Positions 1 through 8,616 are shown, counted from the stretch's first letter. The stretch is DNA of 64,000 bases from Candidatus Bathyarchaeota archaeon (GCA_963726255.1 CAVSBL010000002.1:1440001-1504000), one strand, 5' to 3'. Numbers and translations are program-made. The notes: a model not told the origin generated them from the sequence alone.

Positions 1-313
1 TCGTCTGCGTGCGCCGGTCAATGTACAAACCTGACCCAAGGTGATCCATCTGCATGTTTCTCATGCGAGCTGTCAACGCGTCGAGAATGTTCACGTAGTT
101 CAGGCCCTCACTCGGTTTCCACTCTGTGACTGGGGAGGGCTCACTCATCGTTATGAGCTTCACGAAGTGTCGTGGAGAACGCTGTTCACTGTGGCCGCCT
201 CGACAAGTAAAGAGCTTTGAGTCCATGAAATCATTGAATTGCTCATAGCTTCCGGCGAACTCAAACTGGAGGCCGCATTTTTGGCAGCAACACAAGAAGA
301 CGCGATTTGACAT
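1..313 (-). CDS. Hypothetical protein with N-terminal CxxC...CxxxH putative zinc-binding motif (partial, runs off window start)
   Basis: Hand translation from ATG at 313 (GAGG just upstream): MSNRVFLCCCQKCGLQFEF...FTCRGGH..., open to position 1. Not in the ORF track. Confidence 0.6.
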   Translation of the reverse strand, partial: MSNRVFLCCCQKCGLQFEFAGSYEQFNDFMDSKLFTCRGGHSEQRSPRHFVKLITMSEPSPVTEWKPSEGLNYVNILDALTARMRNMQMDHLGSGLYIDRRTQT

Positions 314-514
314 GAGCCTCTATAGTCCGCCCACCTAATAGACTCCCCTATCAGCAATCGCACAGACTTCTTTGGACTGCCCCAGCGCATCACCAATACT
401 CCATACCAGAACTGCCTCCAATTTTGGAATTGAAAAACCCAAGCGTCATTCAACCGAACACCGACGATGAACATTTGTTTACGAAGGCTGTGGAAACAAA
501 GTTTGGCCGTGATA

Positions 515-704
515 TGGCGGGCCCGCCGGGATTTGAACCCGGGACCCTTCCCCAAGAAGGCTTCTCAGCCGGTTTCTTTTCGGGTGGCTTCCCATGGGTT
601 CGAAAAGCCCAGAGGTAAAAGCGTCATCGACACCAGTCTGGCGTCTCCGATGCTCTACCTTTTCAGGATCCAGACTTGAAAGGATCTGACTGAGCTACGG
701 GCCC
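515..704 (-). tRNA. tRNA-Lys(UUU) with four BHB introns (D-loop about 17/17a, 30/31, 37/38, 43/44)
   Basis: Removing 687-661 (27 nt), 646-623 (24 nt), 615-586 (30 nt) and 579-548 (32 nt) gives a 77-nt cloverleaf GGGCCCGTAGCTCAGTCAGGTAGAGCATCGGGCTTTTAACCCGAGGGTCCCGGGTTCAAATCCCGGCGGGCCCGCCA. CCA is encoded. Confidence 0.93.
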
Positions 705-756
705 CGGACGCTCACAGCACGGTCCACTATCAAAAGCGTTTCGCAGGGACGAAGAT

Positions 757-1698
757 CTACGACGGTGCTTCCGCGAGAATCACGTTTACTTTGCCTCGGT
801 CGGCTCCGCGTCCAAGCGAGAGTTCAAGGCTTTCCCCGACCTTTCTGTGCTGAATCGTATGCTGCAGGTCGTCCCAACTCTTCAGCAGCTTCTTATCAGC
901 TTCCAGAATCACGTCGCCGGCCGACACACCGCTCTTGTTGGCAGGGCTTCCTCTACCGACTTTGACGATCAGCACTCCGTTCTCATGTGGGATATCATAC
1001 GATTCCGCGATATCCCTGTTCAGAGTTACCCCTGAGATTCCTAGGTACGGTCTGACAACTCGCCCGTTTTGTATAATCTCCTTCGCAATCATCCTAGCTG
1101 TATTGATTGGGATGGCGAAACCGATGCCCTGCGCAAAGGGTATGTTCGCAGTGTTAACGCCGATTACGGAACCCGCACTGTCAACCAAGGGGCCGCCGCT
1201 GTTCCCTGGGTTAATGGCTGTGTCGGTCTGAATCAAATCCTCATACATGTGATCTTCGATGTGTATGTGCCGTCTCAGAGCACTGACTACGCCAACGGTT
1301 GCCGTGGGGCCTGGAAGTAAGAAGCCGTACGGGTTTCCGATGGCGATGGCAATTTGCCCAACGACTAGGCTGTCCGAATCCCCCAACTTGACTTTAGGCA
1401 GGTCCTCGCCGTCAACGCGTACCACGGCGACGTCGGACGTGGCGTCCGAGCCTAGAACCTCTCCTTTGAATTTCTTGCCATCGGTTGTTACGACTTCAAC
1501 GCGGGATGCGTCTTCGACTATGTGGTGGTTGGTCAAGATTCCGCCGTTGGAATCGAATATTATTCCTGACCCTAGGCCACGGAGGGGTATGGTGTCGAAG
1601 AAATTCTCGCGAATCACCCGTAAAGTCGCCACAGACACTACGGCGGGGCTGACTCTCTCGATGGCAGCAATCACATCTTTCTCGGTACCTGGCAACAT
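757..1698 (-). CDS. htrA: HtrA/DegP-family trypsin-like serine protease with PDZ domain
   Basis: TNHH, DVAVV and GNSGGPL catalytic motifs, C-terminal PDZ, no signal peptide. Confidence 0.92.
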   Translation of the reverse strand: MLPGTEKDVIAAIERVSPAVVSVATLRVIRENFFDTIPLRGLGSGIIFDSNGGILTNHHIVEDASRVEVVTTDGKKFKGEVLGSDATSDVAVVRVDGEDLPKVKLGDSDSLVVGQIAIAIGNPYGFLLPGPTATVGVVSALRRHIHIEDHMYEDLIQTDTAINPGNSGGPLVDSAGSVIGVNTANIPFAQGIGFAIPINTARMIAKEIIQNGRVVRPYLGISGVTLNRDIAESYDIPHENGVLIVKVGRGSPANKSGVSAGDVILEADKKLLKSWDDLQHTIQHRKVGESLELSLGRGADRGKVNVILAEAPS

Positions 1699-1782
1699 TT
1701 TCTAGACCTCGAAGAAAATTGAAAGCGACAGCGGTCTATTTAATGACTAACCACAGAGACAATTAGACAAGAGGCGAACGAG

Positions 1783-1923
1783 ATGGATGATGCTAAGTAT
1801 TTCAAATGCGGAAAATGCGGTTACGAATTCCTATCCAAAACAGGCAACTCAACCTGTCCCAAGTGCAAGAGCCAAACGCTTGAGGAGAAAGACCTCAAGA
1901 GCTTGTTGGGGTTGGACGAATAG
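1783..1923 (+). CDS. Small zinc-ribbon protein (46 aa)
   Basis: Hand translation MDDAKYFKCGKCGYEFLSKTGNSTCPKCKSQTLEEKDLKSLLGLDE*. Two CxxC motifs, GAGGCG upstream. Confidence 0.75.
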   Translation: MDDAKYFKCGKCGYEFLSKTGNSTCPKCKSQTLEEKDLKSLLGLDE

Positions 1924-1995
1924 ACTCGGGACCATCCTCTCGAAACACACAAGCATTTGGTTAGCCTTTCTTGTAGAGGAGTGACGACCGCGGGT

Positions 1996-2099
1996 TGGCG
2001 CCCTTCGCCAGGAGAAGGCTAGCTGCTCCTTTGGGCGGGATTCGAACCCGCGTCGACGACGTGACAGGCCGTCATCCTAGACCACTGAACGACCAGGGC
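1996..2099 (-). tRNA. tRNA-Asp(GUC) with one BHB intron at 68/69 in the acceptor stem
   Basis: Removing 2031-2004 (28 nt) restores acceptor stem GCCCTGG/CCAGGGC, a 76-nt tRNA with anticodon loop CT-GTC-AC and encoded CCA. Confidence 0.93.
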
Positions 2100-2199
2100 A
2101 TCGGCAACTCAGAAATCCCTGAGCCAGCTTAAAGCATTGCTACAGCATAGGCACTAGGCGCATCTTACTTGTGTAAGGATGGAATAAGATACGGACTCA

Positions 2200-2310
2200 T
2201 TGTCGACTATTCTCTTAACCATCGTCGCGCTGCTGATCCTCGTCCCAGTGATACTAGTCTACTTTCGTTTTCGTCAACGCCTACTGCAACGAATTCTCAA
2301 AAACTCCTGA
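2200..2310 (+). CDS. Possible small single-pass membrane protein (36 aa)
   Basis: TTG start, MSTILLTIVALLILVPVILVYFRFRQRLLQRILKNS*: hydrophobic helix followed by a basic tail. Confidence 0.35.
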   Translation: MSTILLTIVALLILVPVILVYFRFRQRLLQRILKNS

Positions 2311-2312
2311 TC

Positions 2313-4034
2313 TCACCGATGGGTTGTAAGAACCTGTGCGAAATCGCTCTCGAAGTATTCGTCTCGGTTCCTTGTTGCGGCGCTTCTCAAATCGGTTTCG
2401 AATTTCCGAAGGTCTGCCCTCTTAATTTTTCCACTCACAGTCTTGGGCAACTCGCCAACGAATTGTATCATCCTCGGCCGCTTGTAGGGCGCCATTCGTT
2501 GCCTGGTGAAGTTGAAGATGTCTAAGGCTAGTTCTCTGGATGGAGTTTGGCCCGGCTTTAGCATGATATACGCTTTCGGAACGAACCCTCGCAACGGATC
2601 TGGGCTTGCAACGACTGCGACTTCCGTTATGGAAGGGTGGGCTAGAAGTTCGCTCTCTACCTCGAAGGCGCTTATCCTGTAATCTGAGCTCTTGAACACA
2701 TCATCTGCTCTTCCGATGAACCAGAAGTAGCCGGCGGCGTCGCGTGAAGCTAGGTCCCCAGTAAGATACCAATCACCGACGAAAACTTCCCTATTCTTTT
2801 CTCGCGGATCGATGTAACCTTCCATCACTCCAACGGGTTTTCGCGGCTTAACCCGAATAGCTAGGATACCATCTGTCTTCGGTGGAACAGGATTTTGATC
2901 ATCGTCCAGTATTTCGATTTGAAATCCTGGGGCTGCAACTCCCATTGAACCCAACTTGACATCCATGCCTGGGAAGAAACCAACCGTTACGGTCGTTTCA
3001 CTCTGCCCGAAACCTTCTCGAATCGTAAGCCCGGTACCATCGTGCACTTTCTGGTTTATTTCGGCGTTTAGGGGTTCGCCGGCACTGACAAGTTGTCTAA
3101 GCGAGAAATGGTAGGCCTTCAAGTTCTCTAAGAGTAGGAATCTCCAGACCGTTGGAGGGGCACAAAGGGTCCTTACACTATAGCTTTCAATCACGCTTAG
3201 AACATGTTTGGGGTCGAATTTTCCAGCGTAATTGTAAAGGAAGCTTGTGGCTTCTGCGTTCCAAGCCCCGAAAATGCTGCTGTATGCGTACTTCGCCCAA
3301 CCGGGCGCACTTATGTTGTAGTGCACATCACCCTTTCTGGCTCCAATCCAATACATCGTGGTTAGGTGCCCAACAGGGTAGCTTCCGTGGGTCTGCAGAA
3401 CAAGTTTGGGTTTGGCAGTGGTTCCTGACGTGAAGTAGATAAGAAGTTCATCTTCAGGACTAAATGTGTCCTCGCTTCGGAAGTATGCAGACTCGCCGTC
3501 AGCCTCAGCGTAATCAATCCACCCATTCGGCCCCCCCGCAACACTAACCCTAGACACGGAGTCGGCTATGGAAGCAGAATCAATTCGACTAGTTAGCTCC
3601 CTGTTGGTGAAGACGCACTTCGCCTTGCCTCTCCCAATTCTGTCTCGAATATCGTCAGCTGTCAGGAGAGTGGAACTAGGTATGATTACGCACCCTGACT
3701 TCATTGCCCCCAGAAAAATCTCGAATAGCTCAACCGAGCTAGACATCATCAGCACGATGCGGTCCTTCTTCTTGAGCCCGAGGTTCCTCAGGAAGTTGGC
3801 CGCCTTGTTGGACCGCTCCTTCATTTCCTGAAAACTAGCCTTCCTCTCTGCCCCCTTGTCGTCTACGTAGATTAGGGCGGGGTTGGAGTTTCTTCCAGCC
3901 AGTGTGTCGAAGTAGTCCAGAGCCCAATTGAACTTGTGCAGTTGCGGCCACTCGAATCCTGCCTTCGCCTGCTCATAGTTGTGTGCGTTAAGAAGAAAAT
4001 CCCTAGTTGCAATGAACTCTTCTAGGCCTGGCAA
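2313..4034 (-). CDS. Acyl-CoA synthetase (AMP-forming, medium-chain/ACSM-like)
   Basis: YFTSGTTAKPK, EGFGQSET, TGD, GRADD and PKTVSGKI adenylation motifs. Confidence 0.9.
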   Translation of the reverse strand: MPGLEEFIATRDFLLNAHNYEQAKAGFEWPQLHKFNWALDYFDTLAGRNSNPALIYVDDKGAERKASFQEMKERSNKAANFLRNLGLKKKDRIVLMMSSSVELFEIFLGAMKSGCVIIPSSTLLTADDIRDRIGRGKAKCVFTNRELTSRIDSASIADSVSRVSVAGGPNGWIDYAEADGESAYFRSEDTFSPEDELLIYFTSGTTAKPKLVLQTHGSYPVGHLTTMYWIGARKGDVHYNISAPGWAKYAYSSIFGAWNAEATSFLYNYAGKFDPKHVLSVIESYSVRTLCAPPTVWRFLLLENLKAYHFSLRQLVSAGEPLNAEINQKVHDGTGLTIREGFGQSETTVTVGFFPGMDVKLGSMGVAAPGFQIEILDDDQNPVPPKTDGILAIRVKPRKPVGVMEGYIDPREKNREVFVGDWYLTGDLASRDAAGYFWFIGRADDVFKSSDYRISAFEVESELLAHPSITEVAVVASPDPLRGFVPKAYIMLKPGQTPSRELALDIFNFTRQRMAPYKRPRMIQFVGELPKTVSGKIKRADLRKFETDLRSAATRNRDEYFESDFAQVLTTHR

Positions 4035-4197
4035 ACCTATCGTGCCCGAGTCAAATGGAGCTTCTTCTAAGGGTTATTTCCCATTTCTCGCATTAACAAG
4101 AAGCGCTAAGCAGCACTAAGTGTCACCATCGCAAGCGGCTAAATATTTCAGTCGACAAGAGCAAGAATGTCGGGTGATGCCAGGCCTGCCAAGGACG

Positions 4198-4650
4198 ATG
4201 CCAATCAATGAGGGCACGAAAGCACCCGATTTCACCCTGAAAGATCAAAATGGCAAGCGGGTAAGGCTTCGCGATTTCCGGGGGAAGAAGGTTGTTCTAT
4301 ATTTCTATGTTCGCGATGACACGCCCGGATGTACTAAAGAAGCGTGCAGCTTCCGCGACGGCCTTGCAAGATTGAAAGATGTTCCGGTGCTCGGCATTAG
4401 CCCGGACCCGGTTGACTCACACAAACATTTCGCAGACAAGTACGGCCTCCCGTTTACTTTGCTCTCTGACGAGAAAGCCAGGGTCGCCAAGAAGTTCGGT
4501 GTTTGGGGTAAGAAGAACATGTACGGTAGAACCTACTATGGAGTCATACGCTCAACTTTCATCATCGATGAATCCGGTACCATCAAACAAGAATACAAAC
4601 GTGTGAAGGTAGATGGCCATTTAAGCCAAATTATCAAGAATTTACGGTGA
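4198..4650 (+). CDS. bcp: Peroxiredoxin, BCP/PrxQ family
   Basis: TPGCTKEACSFRD motif. Start placed at MPINEG. Confidence 0.92.
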   Translation: MPINEGTKAPDFTLKDQNGKRVRLRDFRGKKVVLYFYVRDDTPGCTKEACSFRDGLARLKDVPVLGISPDPVDSHKHFADKYGLPFTLLSDEKARVAKKFGVWGKKNMYGRTYYGVIRSTFIIDESGTIKQEYKRVKVDGHLSQIIKNLR

Positions 4651-5144
4651 GGGCAACAACCCCTAGCTGGTCAGATCCTGTGGTAAACTTGGACGTTGCA
4701 TACGTCCCAACACCCAAGGACCTCGTTCGCAAAATGCTGAGGGTGGCAGGCGTGCGTCGGGGTGAGACCGTTTTCGACCTTGGGGCCGGGGACGGGCGCA
4801 TACTGATCGCGGCCGTGAGGGGGTTTGGGGCACGAGCCATAGGCGTCGAGATGGACCCGGAACGACTGGCCCGAATACAAGAACGATTAACTGCGACGGG
4901 CACAGAGGCAACAGTGCTTGCAGGAGATTTAATGCGGGTCGACCTGTCCACTGCAGACGTGGTCACGATTTACCTTTCAGAATCGGTGAACACCAAGCTG
5001 GCCGAAAAGCTGAGGAACGAACTCAAACCTGGGGCGCGGATAGTTTCACTAGACTACGTCCTCCCGGGATGGACCTCGGAACGAGACTTGACCGTCGGGA
5101 GCGGGGGTATCACACGCAAGTTATACTTGTACAGGGCTCAATGA
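4647..5144 (+). CDS. Class I SAM-dependent methyltransferase (protein-lysine MTase-like)
   Basis: YVPTP...DLGAGDGR motif I. GTGA overlap with bcp. Confidence 0.85.
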   Translation: MRATTPSWSDPVVNLDVAYVPTPKDLVRKMLRVAGVRRGETVFDLGAGDGRILIAAVRGFGARAIGVEMDPERLARIQERLTATGTEATVLAGDLMRVDLSTADVVTIYLSESVNTKLAEKLRNELKPGARIVSLDYVLPGWTSERDLTVGSGGITRKLYLYRAQ

Positions 5145-5281
5145 TCCGACTGCGCTACGCGCGGAATTACACTGCCAGAGAAAAAGGGCAAAATCAACCT
5201 CTTTTGACTCCGAAAAACACCCCGCCCCCCCAGGGGTACCTCCAACCGTGCGCGCACCGCTGAATCCAGAGATTTTGATGT

Positions 5282-5480
5282 TGGTCCCGCGGGCCGGAGT
5301 TTCATAGGGTTTGGCCCTATTTTGAATTCGCCGGACCGCGAATAGTCCTCCAGCGACACTCCGGTTTCCGTTGTTAGCCTAGTAGGCTGACATGGGCACG
5401 CCTTGGGCGCACACCTACAGCGTCTCCGTCACTCCGTATAAGAGGGACTCGGAAGCTCTACCAGGCTGAGCTACCGCGGG
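5282..5480 (-). tRNA. tRNA-Tyr(GUA) with four BHB introns (30/31, 37/38, 53/54, 59/60)
   Basis: Removing 5449-5422 (28 nt), 5414-5366 (49 nt), 5349-5327 (23 nt) and 5320-5299 (22 nt) gives 77-nt CCCGCGGTAGCTCAGCCTGGTAGAGCTTCCGGCTGTAGACCGGAGTGTCGCTGGTTCAAATCCGGCCCGCGGGACCA, with the archaeal Tyr identity elements C1-G72 and A73. Confidence 0.93.
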
Positions 5481-5612
5481 ACCGAGTCAAAGCCTTCGCC
5501 CTGTAGCCTATAAGGTTTCACGAAGTATCTGCCGACCCAGCCATCTTCGTTGTGAGGGAAGCGCCCGCGTTAAATCCTCGGAAACATTGTCCTCGTCCTT
5601 AGGTTAGTTTCA

Positions 5613-6021
5613 ATGACTTTCAAGCGATCTTTCCGTGTTCACTGGGTCGACACCGACATCGCAGGCGTCATGCACTTCAGCAATTTCTTTCGCTACTTCG
5701 AAGCCTGCGAAGAAGAATTTTACCGTTCACTGTCTCTACCTTTAACCGAAATTCGCGAGAACTTTGGCGTGATGTTGCCTCGCGTCGAGGTCCATTGTCA
5801 GTACACGGCTGCGTGCCGATTCGATGAACAAATTGATGTTACGTTGAGAGTTCGCGAAGTCGAAGAGAAGACCATCACTTACAATTTCCAAATATTTCGT
5901 CAATCAGACGGAAAACTCGACGGCCGAAGGCTACGTGAAATGTATCGCAGTAAATTCGGAATGGAAGGCTGTACCGCTGCCCGCTGAAATCGCAAAGACG
6001 GTTCGCAGCAGCATTGGCTAG
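5613..6021 (+). CDS. Acyl-CoA thioesterase (4HBT/YbgC hotdog family), apparent +1 frameshift near 5920
   Basis: DTDIAGVMHFSNFFRYFE motif. The expected C-terminus AEGYVKCIAVNSEWKAVPLP continues in another frame to TAG at 6019-6021. Confidence 0.85.
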
Positions 6022-6084
6022 GGCAGCCTGTTATACACAATCTCTCGCGGAGGCATAGAGCTTGCATACAGGAGAAAACGAACT

Positions 6085-6747
6085 CTAACGCTGCGACCGT
6101 CCACAGTGCTCGCAGAACGTTTGGTCGCCCGTGTTCACTGCGCCACAGAACCTACATTTCCAACCTAGAGCTTCGGCCGGAATGGTTTCACGCTTTTTTC
6201 CAGTCCCGATTCCAACCAAGGACAAAATCAACCCCACAAGAAAGACCTCGTAGCCGGCGAACTCGACAATTGGATTAAGGACGGTTAGGTTCTCGACTGA
6301 GTCTAGGCTGAAGATTACTACGCGGCGAGTGGTGTCTTGATTGTCGAAGACGAAGAAATAGGTCCCAGGGGTGGTGGGGGTGAACGTGAAGTTGTAGGAT
6401 ATCGCCGTTGGCCTAGCTAGAATGATTGCGCTAGGGCGCCCCGCCCGCCAAAGTGAGAAGTTTCCTTCATCCATCACGTAGAATGCTATTTCGCGTCCGT
6501 CGGTGACTTCCAAAGCCCCCTGCACTTGAACGTCCCCTCTCAGATCTGAGGAGAGGAAGGTGTAGTTTGAAGGCGGGACGGCTAGGAGTGTTGGGGGGAG
6601 GATTGGGTTAACAGTCTGAACGTGCGACGCGAATCCTACCGACTGAGCAATCGGGCTGAGAAATTGGGGGCCCTGCTCAATCGTAAATGCTCCGGCCACG
6701 ATTAGGATTAGACCTATGGTCAGGATTTTTCTTCGCGTCGTACTCAC
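6085..6747 (-). CDS. Membrane protein with beta-sandwich (GOLD/emp24-like) extracellular domain and C-terminal RanBP2-type zinc finger
   Basis: N- and C-terminal TM helices, GTYFFVFDN motif, WKCRFCGAVN...CEHC. Confidence 0.7.
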   Translation of the reverse strand: MSTTRRKILTIGLILIVAGAFTIEQGPQFLSPIAQSVGFASHVQTVNPILPPTLLAVPPSNYTFLSSDLRGDVQVQGALEVTDGREIAFYVMDEGNFSLWRAGRPSAIILARPTAISYNFTFTPTTPGTYFFVFDNQDTTRRVVIFSLDSVENLTVLNPIVEFAGYEVFLVGLILSLVGIGTGKKRETIPAEALGWKCRFCGAVNTGDQTFCEHCGRSQR

Positions 6748-6794
6748 CAGGTTCTATTCAGATTCGTGTGATGCCTCCACTGATGTGGGAGGGA

Positions 6795-6909
6795 TGGCGG
6801 GCCCGCGGGGATTCGAACCCCGGATCCCAGGCTTTCGCCGCGAACGCTCCGAAGGCTTACACGAATCGGTTCCATCTCTGTGTCTTAATCCTGGCTCGAC
6901 TACGGGCCC
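6795..6909 (-). tRNA. tRNA-Arg(UCG) with two introns (29/30 and 37/38)
   Basis: Removing 6877-6857 (21 nt, central helix ACAC/GTGT) and 6848-6834 (15 nt, relaxed BHB) gives anticodon arm CAGGC-CTTCGGA-GCCTG. CCA is encoded. Confidence 0.9.
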
Positions 6910-6955
6910 ACTACTCCGACTAGTCATGCTCAACGTCGGATAATTGTATATGGTT

Positions 6956-7123
6956 TCACCGTAAGCTCCTGTCAACCGCCAGTAAATCCAGCTTATCCTT
7001 CTCATCAACAACGTGCAGCTGACGACCAAATGCAAGAAGCGCTTCCCCCGCCCTCGTACGAGTGCCAGTTTCAGGCATCTCTCTCGAAACCAGGCGGGGT
7101 CGCAAGTCTTTCAAATCGCTCAA
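6956..7123 (-). pseudogene. Possible remnant of a NucS/DUF91-like PD-(D/E)xK endonuclease
   Basis: 55-aa hand-translated ORF containing GEALLAFGRQLHVVDEKDKLDLLAVDR, which stops before the expected IELK motif. Confidence 0.35.
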
Positions 7124-7371
7124 CCGTCCATCTATTGCTGACTATTGTTGCACCTTGCAGAGCTGTGATACATGCTGCTGCTTCAAGGCCTGCTTTGAAG
7201 ATAGAATCAAGGCTAAGAGCACCAATTAGGCCAGAAACATGTCGCCCGAGTCATCTGGCAAAAGCTGCCGGCCTCTTACTGGCTATTTAGGATAGAGGAT
7301 GATTCATCCATTTAACCTAACTACGTGCCATAGTTAAGTGCAGGCAGTACATAGGAATCAACATCAGCGTA

Positions 7372-8616
7372 TTGGGAAGGAGTCTGCTAATTGTGTCGAT
7401 CCACGCGCGGTGGATAATGCTTGGCGCAATCATCATCGTAGCCGTCCTGGGCTTGATCTCAAGCGGGCCCACAGCATGGGCTGGGGCGGTTCACCAAATG
7501 GATGACTCTACGATTACGGTTTCGTCGCTAACATCAGTTACTAGTTCCGAGTCATCCTCAGGGTCGACAACGGGTACGGTTGCATCCACGACACTCGAAT
7601 CGCAAACACCCTCGACCAGCCTGTCTCTCACTTCAACTGAGTCTTCGGTTGCATCTACGACTCTTGCAACTGAGACGGTATCCTCGACATCATCCCTTGC
7701 TTTTTCTTCGAGTACAGAGAATTCTGAGACCTCACTTACGTCGACAAGTGCAACATCTTCGTCTCTGACAACAGCGTCGTCAACAGACGTTACATCCACG
7801 TCGAGTTCCATGGCGACTTCCACGAACACGGAGACGTCATCTTCATCTACGCCGTTGGTTTCGACGACAGCGTCTTCAACGAGTTCCCTGACGTCTTCGG
7901 CAGTATCTTCGCCAGCTACTACAACGACTGCGAAAGTTGAAAGTTCCACGACATCGTCTGTGACCAAGACGATTGTCGTCACTAGTTCGGAAACTGCATC
8001 AAGCGACCCCCCGGGGCAAACTTGCAACTCCTACTATTGGAACCAAGGGAACTGCCATCAATACACCTGCTACTACAACAACTGTAATGGCAATTGTTAC
8101 AACTGTTACGGGAATTGCTACAACAGCAACTGCTATCCTACTCCTTGCTCTTCTAACTATCCAAACTACCCCTATGGTTGCAATCCAAATTACGGTTACC
8201 CGAACCAGTACCAAACAATCACGTCCACGGAAACGAGTTATTCAGCATTCACAGAAACCAGTTTTACAACCTCAACACAAACTCCCCAGCCAGTAACTTC
8301 AACAACCATACTAACAAGCACCACGGCTACAACTGATGCAACTCTCGTGACAACGTTCGGTACATTGGCGGGCATCTTCTTGGGGCTATTCCTCGCCACC
8401 CTGTTTCTACTGATGAGGCGGAACTCGTCCACCAGCCAGCAACTTTCCGATAACACTCCAGTAGAAGCGGGTCCAGTGCCTCAAACAGCGGTAGGAGAGA
8501 CGTCGAAGACATCTGGATCGTTCTGCATGAACTGCGGAATGAAACTCCCCAAGAGCGTTAGGTTTTGTGGCGAGTGCGGCGCGCGACAACCTAAACCTGC
8601 TAAATCCCAGCATTGA
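7372..8616 (+). CDS. Ser/Thr-rich (mucin-like) surface protein with Cys/Tyr/Asn-rich segment, TM anchor and cytoplasmic zinc ribbon
   Basis: Signal peptide, long S/T tract, CYN-rich block, TM helix, CMNC...CGEC. Confidence 0.8.
   Translation: MGRSLLIVSIHARWIMLGAIIIVAVLGLISSGPTAWAGAVHQMDDSTITVSSLTSVTSSESSSGSTTGTVASTTLESQTPSTSLSLTSTESSVASTTLATETVSSTSSLAFSSSTENSETSLTSTSATSSSLTTASSTDVTSTSSSMATSTNTETSSSSTPLVSTTASSTSSLTSSAVSSPATTTTAKVESSTTSSVTKTIVVTSSETASSDPPGQTCNSYYWNQGNCHQYTCYYNNCNGNCYNCYGNCYNSNCYPTPCSSNYPNYPYGCNPNYGYPNQYQTITSTETSYSAFTETSFTTSTQTPQPVTSTTILTSTTATTDATLVTTFGTLAGIFLGLFLATLFLLMRRNSSTSQQLSDNTPVEAGPVPQTAVGETSKTSGSFCMNCGMKLPKSVRFCGECGARQPKPAKSQH

Noticed and set aside
160-679. ORF-track ORFs 160-555, 424-618 and 467-679, and similar ones at 5138-5359, 6687-7035 and 19126-19683
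   Set aside because: They overlap tRNA genes and have no protein motifs, so they are shadow ORFs.
7491-8027. Antisense 178-aa Val/Asp/Glu-rich ORF
   Set aside because: It is the reverse-strand shadow of the Ser/Thr-rich codons.
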